DNA of 64,000 bases from Amoebophrya sp. A120 (lineage: Eukaryota > Protista > Dinoflagellata), in the NCBI GenBank assembly GCA_905178155.1, contig CAJINV010000009.1, forward strand, positions 1,175,907 through 1,239,906. Reading direction: 5' to 3'. This document shows positions 12,157-23,376 of the stretch, in pieces. Position 1 is the stretch's first letter. Each line of letters opens with the position of its first letter. The notes beneath the pieces are model-generated. The model saw only the letters and a list, made by a program, of their open reading frames with translations, made no database searches and had not been told where the DNA came from. Both the position numbers and the translations under genes were made by a program.

Positions 12157-15023
12157 TTACTTGTTGTCGTCACCAAAAAGCCACTTGATGACTCCATCAA
12201 TTGGAGCCTTGTCATCGTCACTTTTCTTGCTGGATTTCGAAGGGTCGCCGCGCCTGTGACTTCCTCCTGCCCCTCGAGACACATCTCGATGGTGCGATGG
12301 CCCGCCGCTGTGCTCGTCGTGTCCTCTGCCAGAATGAGAATATTGATCATCGTCATAACCATAGCCATACCCGCCATCTCTATGGATGTGTCAGAGTTGA
12401 AATCGACAAAGTTGAAATAAATTGTCATGCTAAACCGACCGAAGCCACTACATTGTCATGCATAAAATGGATGCAAGTTGGACTTGGAACCAAGTTTCCA
12501 AGTGGCGCATGACAAATTTCGGTGGTCCCTGAATCCAGTTTGTCATGCTGCTTAGGCAAAGAAGAGTGATTTTCTCATGCTACTTTAGCAGCTCGAGCTG
12601 TAACCCCAAACAGGCTTACAATCGGCCTCACTTGCCTGCTCTGCAACGCACGTACCTCGGGCCATGCATTTTATGCATTACAAATTATTTCAACTTTGAC
12701 GATTTCAAACCTGACGCTTCCATAATCTCCCTTTCCCCCGTAATCCCCGCCGTAGTACCCGTCGTTTCCCTTACCTCCGTAAGAGTAAGACCCGCCTCTT
12801 TCGTAGGATTCGTTAACGTAGCCTTCAGGTGCGTACGAGGCGGAGGCGTCGTTCTCGTTTTCCCAATATTCGTCTTCCGCTCCATGAGTGGTGCCGCACA
12901 ACAAACACACGACGAAGAGGAGCACAAAAGCTACGCCCACACCTGCCGCAACGAGGATCAAGGTACCGTCGTCCTCCTCAGCTAGATCAGTCGTGTTTCC
13001 CGCCGCGGCCGTGGTTGTTTCTGTAACGACTTCTCCTTTGTCATCCGTATCCGGGTCCTCGAGCAAATTCTCAAAGGTGCCCTCTGGTGGAGCTGCGTAT
13101 TGTGAAGAAAAGTCCAACCCCCCATATTCAGACGAGGCTAGTTTGCTTGCTACATTGTTTGATTTCTTGAACCCAAAAATTAGTCTTTCCAGAAAGCACA
13201 GCTACAACTCCACCGCGTTGAATCAAGCAAGTGATTTCTCCAACGTGTTGATTCGTCTGCAATAGAAGTTTCTATGCCGAATACTTAGGTAAGCACTACC
13301 TAATCGCTTTCCTCCGGGGGCTTCGGATCTGCGTGCATTTGATTCTGCAGACGCTGACGCAGTCCTTCTCCTTTCGCACATGACAACCTGTGTATAGAAA
13401 TCACGCCACCCAAACTCGTTGCAACTGCTAGAGGTTGTCTTTTTTTTCGTGATACTGCCGTTACGTGATTCAGGGGATTCACGGTAGTCACCGACATGTC
13501 GATGATGTCGCTGACTGCCGCTTTCCACGCCACGTGCCAGATATTTCCCTGCTTGTCGAGCGCCTCTGGGTCCGCAGGTTCGCATTTTTCCTTCAAGAAA
13601 ATACATCCTTTACGACTTCCTTCGGGCACCTCGAGGAACTTCAGCGCCACCCCCCAGCATCCGGTCCACGCATCCATGCACATCTTCATGCACTTTGCGG
13701 CCTCGAACTCCTGGAAGGCCTATCAGAGCGAAAAGAATTCCTGTCAAACATATCACTTTGTACCTTTCATGCGAACGCAAACTAAGTAAGTACTTTGTTC
13801 CTGCTCGTAATGAGAAATAACGCCGATGGTGCAAACATCACAGTACGCTATCAATTGAATCGTGATCGTCTCGATGTAAACAGATCCCGCTGCCGAACGA
13901 AACCAAACGGCATGGGCAGAAGTTCACGAGGAACCACGGAGCAGCCCACGATCAGGCAGTCCGTCGCAGCAGCGAAGGTTTCGCATGAGCAAAAAAACTG
14001 GGTCATTTTTCATCTAAGACTAAAGGCGCGTGTTCTGCTTCTCAATACAGTATGCTTAACTTTAAAGTCACAATTCTATATATATTTTATTCGTTCATCT
14101 CAGCGTTTTTGGGACCGGGAAAGCACTTTTCATCCTGGTAAGGCCCTATGTTCCTTTTCGAGCCACTCGTCAAAATGCAGCTCGATGCTGTTAGGATCGT
14201 AGTTGTCGTCGGGCACCCAGTAGGCGCTACAGAAAAGCGACTTGTGATAGACCCACATCATCTGGTCCTCCGATTCCTTTTGCAGTTCGTTCTGCGCTGC
14301 GCTGAAGGTGGGGGTCCATTTTTCGTTTTCAGCGTCAACCCGGGCAATGTACGCCTTCCACGCCGCATCCTCCTCACGGGTCTTGTACCCGGAGCCGCAT
14401 TTCAGTGCTTGAAAGGTGGCGCGTTCGTGTTCCGGATTGACATAGATGTGCGTAATCTCGCTCCTGGAGACGCCGAAGTCACCGGTATCTTCTTGATACC
14501 AGTGCGCTTCTGACCACGGCCAAATGTCTCTCCCCCAACAGTCGAAGTCAAACCTCCCATCAAAATGTACAATGCGAGCTTCATGCCCCGGAAGCCACGT
14601 CGTGCCGCCGCTGGGATACCTGATCTGCTCCGAGTCGCATCCTATCGATTCAATGTTCCCGATGGTGAGGCAATTTTCGTCGGGATTCGTCCGATCAACA
14701 GGAATTACTTCATCGCCTTGTGTTACTTTGGTACTTTTTGCGGTGTCGTGTCGTGTGTGCTGCGAAGATAGGCTCAGCTTCTTCCTTTCGCTAGTCGCAG
14801 CTTGGACAGCCATGTCGTGGTGAGTGTTTGTTTTTTTCTTAGTCGATGACATTTTTCCGCCAGCTGCGGCCTTATCCGTGTTCTTCGACACGATGGCGAG
14901 CCCATTTGCGAGCTTGATGGGGGGCAAGCTTGCGAGGAACAGAGGACGGAGCTTAAAACAGTTAATCCATCTGTCCCTGCTATTTTTCGACGTCATAGCA
15001 TTCGTGTTCTCAGAAAGACGCAT
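12157..15023 (-). CDS. Type-I membrane protein, PAN/Apple-like adhesin, paralog B (4 exons)
   Basis: Exons about 15023-14145, 13719-~13460, ~13160-12725 and 12375-12157. CMKMCMDAWTGCWGVAL...GCIFLKEKC; TM LILVAAGVGVAFVLLFVVCLLC; Gly/Tyr-rich tail ending DDDKAPIDGVIKWLFGDDNK*. Middle intron boundaries uncertain. Confidence 0.8.
12381..12724. mobile_element. Introner with 50-bp TIRs and 5-bp TSD
   Basis: TIRs TATGGATGTGTCAGAGTTGAAATCGACAAAGTTGAAATAAATTGTCATGC / TATGGAAGCGTCAGGTTTGAAATCGTCAAAGTTGAAATAATTTGTAATGC (43/50). TSD atctc at 12376-12380 and 12725-12729. Excision gives GGKGD|GGYGYG in frame. Confidence 0.92.
13721..14140. mobile_element. Introner with short TIRs and 5-bp TSD (can also be read as GC-AG intron 13720-14144)
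   Basis: TIRs TATCAGAGCGAAAAG / TACCAGGATGAAAAG. TSD aggcc at 13716-13720 and 14141-14145. Excision gives FDEWLEKEHRAFQEFEAAKC, gap-free against paralog A FDDYQAENHSWYRKGDAADC. Confidence 0.85.
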
Positions 15024-16449
15024 CGTGTTTATTAGCAGAAACGACTGCGGTCGGATTCCACGCGCCGAACCGATGCTCTTCTCGCCGTCGCTTTCGCGGC
15101 CGAAAAATGCCGAGCAGGTGAGAAAAAAGAGTACTTCAAGAAATGGTGGCGGGACTGAAAGAGCGAAAACAGAAGCACAAGATGCCAAAACTCACGAGCA
15201 GTTGCTTCCTTTCATCTCACACCTGGGAATACATCATCCTCATCTATAATCCAACCTGGTACAAATAGAAGATTCTCTCTTATTTTCTGTGATGTAGATG
15301 TAGTATCAATTTGATTCTTCTCCTGTTTATGAAGTTGCGACTTTATTAACGAAGGAAAGGGGTTCCCAGAAGATCCCAAAAATATACGCTGTGGGGTGAA
15401 GGGGTGCATTCGTCTACTTCCGGTCAAAAACTGTCAAAATTTCGAGCACTCCTATCTTATGTGAAACTATGTTCTTCTTCTTTATCTTTTTCGAACAACA
15501 GTTCTAGTGCTCGCGTAGTAGCGCAATAAGCTGTTGTAGCCCGTCGAACGATGTAAAGAGCAGATTTATGGTCAGGCTCAGGGGCTCCATGAAGAACGAT
15601 AGCGTATTGATACGAGTTTGTAGAACGATGTATGGGAGGACGACAACGACAGGTTGTTTCTTAGTCATTCAAGATGAACGGGAGGACCGAGATTGTTTCT
15701 TATTCAATTATGCTGCGCGATCGATTATGACGCTCACACGATTCAGTCTGCACGACGCCAAACGCAAACAAAACGACAAAAGCACAAATACAACGACGCA
15801 CAGAACGGCACTGCGCGTGAGTGTTCACTACGAAACTCGCATGCAGAAGCGAACACCTCGTCCTGCGTTGCAATTTCTTATTACCTTGCAAAGGTGCTCG
15901 GCTACTTTTGTTGGTATGCTTCATACAGAAGAGCTGTCGACAATGTAGTACATCGGAGGGAGAATGTTGGCCACATCTTCGTGGTCAACTGCGTTACCAA
16001 ATCCAAACATGCTCTGAGAAAAACTCGAGAGAGCAGTACGAGATGACAATGCGATTCTGTTGTACAACATCGAATGGGTGGTTCTGAAAAACTCTGAATG
16101 AACGAGGTGGAGGGGCCCGCGTAGCAGCAACATTACTTCTTGTTGTGCAACGGATTTCGATTCTTCAGTCTTCCCTATGTATAATTAGTCTGAAGAAACC
16201 GAAACAAAACGCGGTGCCACCGCCTTTTACAGGTGCTGCTGCTGTTGCGTGCTGTGTAGCCATATATTCCGACCACGGAAGTGGTCTCGTTTAGCGGTCT
16301 CCTTTATGACGTCGGTCACTCCCTCAGGCGAAGTGCTTTTTGACGCCGACGCTGCCGCGGGGGCGGCGGCACATCAGGATCATCAACATCACGATAGGTT
16401 CTATTTCAAATTCAATTTGTTGCCTGATACTATATCAACAACTCCGTCC

Positions 16450-19400
16450 TCACTGTCCAAGCAACTGCGCGTGGATATTCGCCTGCACAAGACTGGTATC
16501 CGCTTTCTGGTGTAGTATCAAGCCCCTGTGCGTGATATGAAACAGAAAAAACCCAATGGGAACGCGTGGCCCACTGTTTCGATAGATTGCCAAGCTGCTT
16601 TTCGTGATCTTCGTTTTTACTGCAGCACCTGCACCAACAGGATTGGATGCTCTACCTCTACCTTGTATTGTTGCATAGTATATGCCAATCCGCACGGCAT
16701 TCTCATTCAGCTCAGCCATTTACAAGACCTATGATCTTGCTGACAATCAATGTCCTTGCCATGATCGAAGAATTTTTTTATAACATCAATGGGCCACCAC
16801 GCTAGTTCCTTCGATGAGCTTCTTCGCTTTTCGTAGGAGAAGAGGAATTTCCGCATGGGTTCCCAGTTCTTCCAGAACTCCTGGTCTTTGCGGCTTTCGG
16901 CCTGGATGCACGCAATGGAGAAGGCGACGTAGAGGTTGAACATTAACGTGGTTTGCACGAACCACACCAGCGCACAGAAGATCAAACCTGTTCCAAACGG
17001 CTCCGGAAGGACCTGCTGGAGGTACCATGGCCAGGGCGATCAAACCGAAAAACCGACTCCGTCTACACTCCGAATCTGATTTCGTCCCACCAATGCGCTT
17101 GCGTTGTCACAAGAGTTGGACACAATCATGCAAATCGTTCTTTTCATTTTCAATTTCAGAAGAAATGCCGTCTCATCTTTCATGTAAGTTGTAACGAGAC
17201 TTCCGCAACAATGCATGAAACGGGGCATCGCATCGGCGTGCACAAAAAGTCGTCGACTCAAGCCGAACCGCCTGCCTGTCACACGAAACAACATTTTTTG
17301 CGGAAAGAATGCAAAATGCAGCACCACAAGCATCAGCTCAGAAATTATGTGTATATACGTAGAAACCAGATGCAGGTGTAGATCCAGCAGAGCTTTCGTT
17401 TTCATAATGGGTGCTGGTAGCTCATTTCTTGCACCAAGTCAGGGAACGCATTGGAGAAGAACTGTGTTTGTATTTGGAAGCATAGAAGCAAGTGCAAGGG
17501 ATGCGAAAGACACACATTAATTTGCAGCATTCGAGTGCAGTTCGATTCGCTTCTAAGCAAGTTCTAGAGTTCGTAAAAATTTGTATGTGTAAAAGGGGAC
17601 GATTAGCAGTAGCTCGTACAACGCGTCATCACAAAATTGAAAAGAAAAAACGTACGATTGATATGAGCGTGAAGATGCCCATGCCAATATCGTTGAAGTT
17701 GAGCGCGGTGTGGCTGGAGTAGTAGCTGCCGTTTCGGTCCAGGTCCTCCGGTGACGGATTGGTCTTGCCTAGCATGCCGCCCCAGCCCATCTGCCCCAGG
17801 GACGCGAAGAAGAGCAGGCAGACAAACAGGAGGCAGATAATCTCCTCGCAAACGAGCACCATCCGCGTGACGGACACCAGCAGGTCGCGGAACTGCCGCG
17901 TCCGGGCGAGAATCCGAACCAACCGGAGGATTCGGATAATGTTCACCGAGCGAATGATGCCGGACGCGCCCTTGATCCCGGACACGCGGACCATGGAGAC
18001 CGAGAACAGTGCGACGGAGGTGAAAAAGTCAAACTGGTTCGACGGGTTTTTCTTCCAATATTCCGCAAAAGACATCACGGACAACTTCGCGCACACCTGA
18101 GAGTAAGTAATATGAAGCGTGTTTGAGAGCATGGACAAGCAAAAGCATCCAACAAAACTACAAAAGGGCTGTGGACAACAAAGAAACACTCATGCAAGAG
18201 CAAACTAAAAATTGTAACTCCATGATGCAGAGAAAGGTGCAAACATTCGAGAATGGAGATTGCTTTCGCATCACTGATTTCCTTTACATCTGAAGTGAAG
18301 AACTCCATGTGAAAAGATAAGTACCTCCCCCATGTAGATGATGGAGAAGATGAGCTCGACGGTCTCGCCGTTGCTCTTCCACTTGGCCTGGAACGCCGGG
18401 CTGCACTCGCTGGACACGAGGCCGTCCGCGATCATGTAGACCAAGTTGATGAGCAACACCGTGCCTATTATGTCGTCCACGGCGCCGCTCTCCACGTTGA
18501 GCTGCAGGCGCTTCAGGAACTTGAAGATTCTCTGCGCACGCTCGGGCGACATCACGTAGAAGAGCCACTTTGCCGTGCGGGAAATTTCCTTCGGGTCTTT
18601 CACCAGGCCCTTGGTTTGTATCCCGCCCGGGTGGCTCATCTTGTCCGGCTTCTCCCACCCGACGGACCGTCGCAGCAGGTCCAACACGTCGGACTTGCTC
18701 GGGGGCGGGCTGTCGTTCTGATTCTTCCCGGCTTTCGTCTGCACCAGGTCCTCCAGCAACCGCGCGCTGGTTTGCACGCCCATTTCCGTCGTGGGCGAGA
18801 CGCTTTCCCGCGGCTGCGGGATCGGGGCGGACTCCCCCTCGGGCATCTGCACGTACATGTTATCCACTGTGAGTCTCCCTTCTCCCCCGGCGTCCTCGCC
18901 CGCCGCCGGGGCCACTTGTTGTTGCTCGCCCTCCGCGGCCTTCGCGGCGGCGATCTGTTCGCGGGTGAAAGCGGCGTTCACGATCGCCTTCAAGTTGGCG
19001 TCGTGCTTCCGGTCCTTGTGCGGAACGCCGGCGTTGCGCACGATCTCCAGCGTGTCCTCCTCGATGGCGTGCTGGTAGTACTCGTCGTGCTTCATCAGGA
19101 TCCGCGCGCTCTTCCGGCCGACCAAGTGCCGGTGGTTGTCGTTGGAGTGCAGCGCGAGGCTCTCGCCGAGCAGCTCCAGGATGGGGCTGTCCCGCTTGGT
19201 CACCCAGATGCGCAGGTGAATCGCCGAGAACAGGTTGAAGAACTCCTCCTTGCCGAGCCGGCGGTCCCGCGAATGGTCCAGCATCTCGAACATGAAGGGC
19301 AGCACCGAGATGTCGATGGGCGTCATCTCCGGCAGCGAGTTGAGCACGGTGACCAGCATGTGCATGTCCCCGATGCTGAGCCCCTCGTAGTCCCCGCACA

Positions 19401-22328
19401 GGTCCTGCAGCTCGACGAACGCCTTCTCCAGGCCCTTGGTCGTGTGCGTGGTCAGCTTCAGGTAGTCCTGCTTGATGAACTCCTCGTACTGGCTGTACAC
19501 CGTCGCCAGCACCAGGTTGGTGAACACCACCGCGCCCATGAACATGAAGAACAGGTACAGCAGCGCCAGCCACCGCAGCCCCTGCATCGCTGGCAGCATC
19601 TCGTCCGGGAAGTTTGCCGTCGTGCCCATGTAAAAGTAGGACTCCACGGACGACGCAAAGGTCGAAAACTTCATGATGTCCGGGTTTTCGGGCGTACCGG
19701 GGGGCACGACAAAGCTGGAAGAACTGCCACTACTGCTCGGCGTCGAGGGCGGGGCAGCCGTAGTTGCATTTGACGTCGACTGTTCCGATAGTATGTCGCT
19801 CGCGACAGGATACTTGTCTAGTGCGAACGCAGCAGATTTTTCCATTCTGCGCACTTCTTCTTCTTCCCCGCCAGAGGAGCCCGCAGTTGCAGCTGATATT
19901 GGTCCTGCTCGTGTCCTCTCTTCACTAGTAGCTCGTCCCGCAGCGGCGGCGGCCGCTGCTGTTCTTGCCGCGCTCGGCAGATCCTTGCCCGTCGTCGGGA
20001 ACATCAATGGAGCTCCCCCGCCAATAGAGGAGGACAATTCCGCGAACATGCTGAGCATCGAGGGCGCGGACTGCGGCACCTCGCCGGTGTAGGCGAGCTC
20101 CGGGTGCTCCTGCAGCTGCGTGGTGAACACCTGCTGCGTGGCCCAACCGAAGAACAGGATGTTCGCGATGAACAACGCCAAAATGTTCCGCCAGCGCGGA
20201 ACCGTGTTCAGGACCGCGGTCACCACGGTCTTCATAAACCGCCGGGTGAGGATCATCCCGGTGGAGGCGAAGGTGATCAGCTGGAAGGGGCAGTGGTTCA
20301 GCATGAACACCTTGGCCTCGTGGCAGTAGTAGCCCACGCTGGAGGCGTCCTTGCCCGCGTCGAAGAAGCGCCCGATCTCCTGGAGCTGGAAGGCCACGAA
20401 CATCAGCAGCGACATGACGCTATCAAATGCAAAAGTGTCTGGGTCTGGAATGTTGCCGGGTTTGTCATGCATATTTTATATGACCCAGGTTGTCTCTAAT
20501 GCACGACCTAGGATCACAGATTTTTAGATGGCTTCCTGATGTCTACCCCGCATGACAAATGCCCTCTTCGCGTAGCACAAACTAGCCTCCTCTTGCTGGT
20601 CATGCAATACAGATTTTTTTAGAGTCCAAAGCTAGCATCACAAGTTCCCACCTTCCAGACCCAGACATTTTTGCATTTGATAGACGCCCCCGACGATGAC
20701 GCAGCCCCACTCCCAGTAGGGAAACGTGGACTGCATGCACTTCTTCCGGTATCACAGTGAAAAATGCCCCCCACCCCTGAAATTGCAACAATTTGTGATG
20801 CGAAGTTTCCAAATGAAAGCTTTTTGTCATGCATGAAAGGAGTGCGAATCTTTCTGATGCAGATTCTAGTCGTGTTTCGCATCGCTTGCATGACAAGCAC
20901 CGCTCTTGCTGGGATCTTTTGCAATACAAATTTTTGCTATTCACGATCGGAAATCTGTGATGCTGATACACGCAAGAGGGCGAATGTTTCATTTGGAAAG
21001 ATTTGCAATACAAATGCTTTCAAGTTCGGGGGTGGGGGCATTTTTCATTGTAATATCCGGTCCTCCTCGCTCTTGAAGTTCTTCTTGTAGATGTACTCCT
21101 TGTGCAGCTTGAGCGCGAACACGAGGAAGGCCGCGATCTGGATCAGGCTGGTGACCACCGGGTTCAGGGTCGGCACGTTGCTTAGATACAAGTCCGGCGG
21201 GCACACGTCCGGGTTCCCCGTGTCCACCACGATGCTGGAGGACGTCCCGGTGAAGAACGAGTAGATGTCCGTGGGCTCCTCCGCCGCCGCGTTTGCGTCG
21301 CCCGGCGTGACGCGGCGCTGCCAGATGGTGGTGGGGTCGCGCAGACAGAAGATGGGCACGCGGATGAAGTTCACGATCAGCAGCGCGATCACGAGCTTGC
21401 GGGTCCGCTTGTTCCAAGTGAGAAAATCGATGAAGGCGTTCCACGACTTGCGGTCTGTGGGGTACTCGTTCACGAAAATGCCACGGTCCGCGTCGTGGAT
21501 GCGCCACGCGATGGTTTCCAACGTGACCAGCTCGTGGTGCGGCACCTCGTCGGAATCGTTGTCGTCGATGTCCTCGAAGTGCTTGCTCTGCGCCAGCCGC
21601 TTGCGCGCCTCCGCTTTCGTCGTGACGTGGTCGGGACTGCCGTAGGACCGATGGCTTTGGTCGCCACTCCGCCCGGAGTCGCCCTCCTCCACGCCGAGGA
21701 GCTCGTTCACCTTTTCTACCTCGTCCTCATCCGCGTCGCCCGGCGCGGTCGCGCTGCCCTCGGCCCCGCGCCGCTTCTTTTCGCTCGGGGACAACGAAGC
21801 CTCAAACTCCGCGCGCAGCTTGGCCTCCTCCTCCGCCTCGGTAGTGGATGGGTCCACGTGGGTCTCCGGGGTGGTGAATATCTTTGTAGACGCCTTGGCG
21901 GAGTGGTATACCTGTGGATTTATTTGTTGTGGATTGATAGATTGCAAGAACCGCTCCGATGCTGCTCTGTGCTTCTTCATCAACTTTGAAGACGCACAGG
22001 GAAAATATATCCAATGATAGATTGTGCCTCCATTATTATCTATCATATTCTTTTCTGTGCGATAAAACGGAATGCATCAAAGAACTCAGTAGTGATGTAG
22101 AAGCAAGTAGAAACTTACCCCTGGGTATTTGTCGCGCGCTCGATAAATCGTTCGTAGAAAGAGACCGCTACCGGACTGACTGGCGTCCCGCTCCTCCATG
22201 CTCTTTCGTTCCAGCGGCGCCTGGAAGCGAGATACGCGCGGCCGGTCAAACTCCGACTCCTCCACATGCAGGAGAGTTTCCTTCAGCGACTCAAAGTACG
22301 CTGCGTCGGAAGTACCGAAGTACGCCAT
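16450..22328 (-). CDS. TPC1: Two-pore cation channel (TPC family), multi-exon
   Basis: Pore 1 YFYMGTTANFPDEMLPA and FTNLVLATVYSQY; EF-hand-like MLDHSRDRRLGKEEF; S4 IIRILRLVRIL; pore 2 LNFNDIGMGIFTL and MFNLYVAFSI. GT-AG introns at about 22050-22118, 18097-18324 and 16526-16728; introners at 20750-21055 and 20421-20682; junction 17655-17040 unresolved. The C-terminus may extend to about 16320. Confidence 0.88.
20421..20682. mobile_element. Introner with 30-bp TIRs and 5-bp TSD
   Basis: TIRs TATCAAATGCAAAAGTGTCTGGGTCTGGAA / TATCAAATGCAAAAATGTCTGGGTCTGGAA (29/30). TSD gacgc at 20416-20420 and 20683-20687. Excision gives VIVGGV|MSLLMF. Confidence 0.95.
20750..21055. mobile_element. Introner with long TIRs and 5-bp TSD
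   Basis: TIRs TATCACAGTGAAAAATGCCCCCCACCCC / TATTACAATGAAAAATGCCCCCACCCC. TSD tccgg at 20745-20749 and 21056-21060. Excision gives SEEDR|KKCMQSTFPYWEW. Confidence 0.93.
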
Positions 22329-23376
22329 GCTAGCGGTTTGCCGGAGAATGTGAAACTAGAAAAGATGGGTCAGCTGCAGATTACACAGCGTCTTTTTTAT
22401 GGATGAAGATTGCGCGTAAATGGAATCATGCTGTACATGGCTGACCTGACATTCGTATGTCTGTCATTCTGACTTTCTGTTTCTTCATGATGTACTAGAT
22501 AGGTAGGTAACTAATGTGCAGTGCCAAATGTTTCGGAGAAACTTCCAATGGGGGGGGAGGATAGGCTGTGCAGTATTAATTTCAGAAAAGCTAAATTCCA
22601 GTCAGAATGCGGCAACGACGACGACGAGAAGAACGGACGTACTTAGATACACATACATAGAACGAAAAAGAAGACGAAGTGATGCCGTAACGTAAATCAA
22701 TGGTGCACGACTTGACGACTTGCACGAAGACACGGCAGCACATTCTCTATCTCGAAAGAGGTTTGGGACCGAAAGCCTTTCGTTTGCGCTCGCATTACCG
22801 AAGTAGAAATTGGAATTGCATTGCGAGCGGAAGCGACCACTAAAGGACGATACGGTATACAGACAAGAGGCTGGCGATTCTCGCAACCGATGAGCTGCAA
22901 TGACTTGTGCCCGCGTCAGGTAATCATACTAAATGATGCACGAAGTTAAAGACAACTTGGAGGTGAACGGTACCGATTTTCTACTAATACACCGACGCGG
23001 GTATTTCAATTTGATTTTTCTTGCCCGAAGAAGTTGCACTTTCATTTCCGCCAGTACAGCAACAGATTACCTTATACTCTAGTTTTTGTTCACGTTCAGC
23101 TCGCTGCTGCATATCAAGGAACAATCCGACACAACCGTGTCAGCGGCCAAAACGAAAAATTAAAAGTACGAAATACTTTCTCAACAAAAAGAGGGAGGAC
23201 GATTGATGATTTATTGACTTTAAGGCAGAAGTCTTTATCTTGTATACTCCTGAAACCGAAACAGGCTACTGCTCGAGCAGTGGCAGTTTTGAAATCTTAC
23301 AAACCAAAGCAGTGCCCCAGTCGGAGCAGCCTGCATCACCACAACTTTTCATGATGTTGATAGATAGTTTACTTAT

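Noticed and set aside
13120-13460. Middle intron of paralog B as a defined introner
   Set aside because: One end reads TATCACGAAAAAA, but there is no convincing partner TIR or TSD, and a GT-AG solution exists.
18616-19773. Long plus-strand and alternate-frame ORFs (also 37081-38121, 49203-50708, 42061-42984)
   Set aside because: Shadows of GC3-rich minus-strand genes; no independent motifs.
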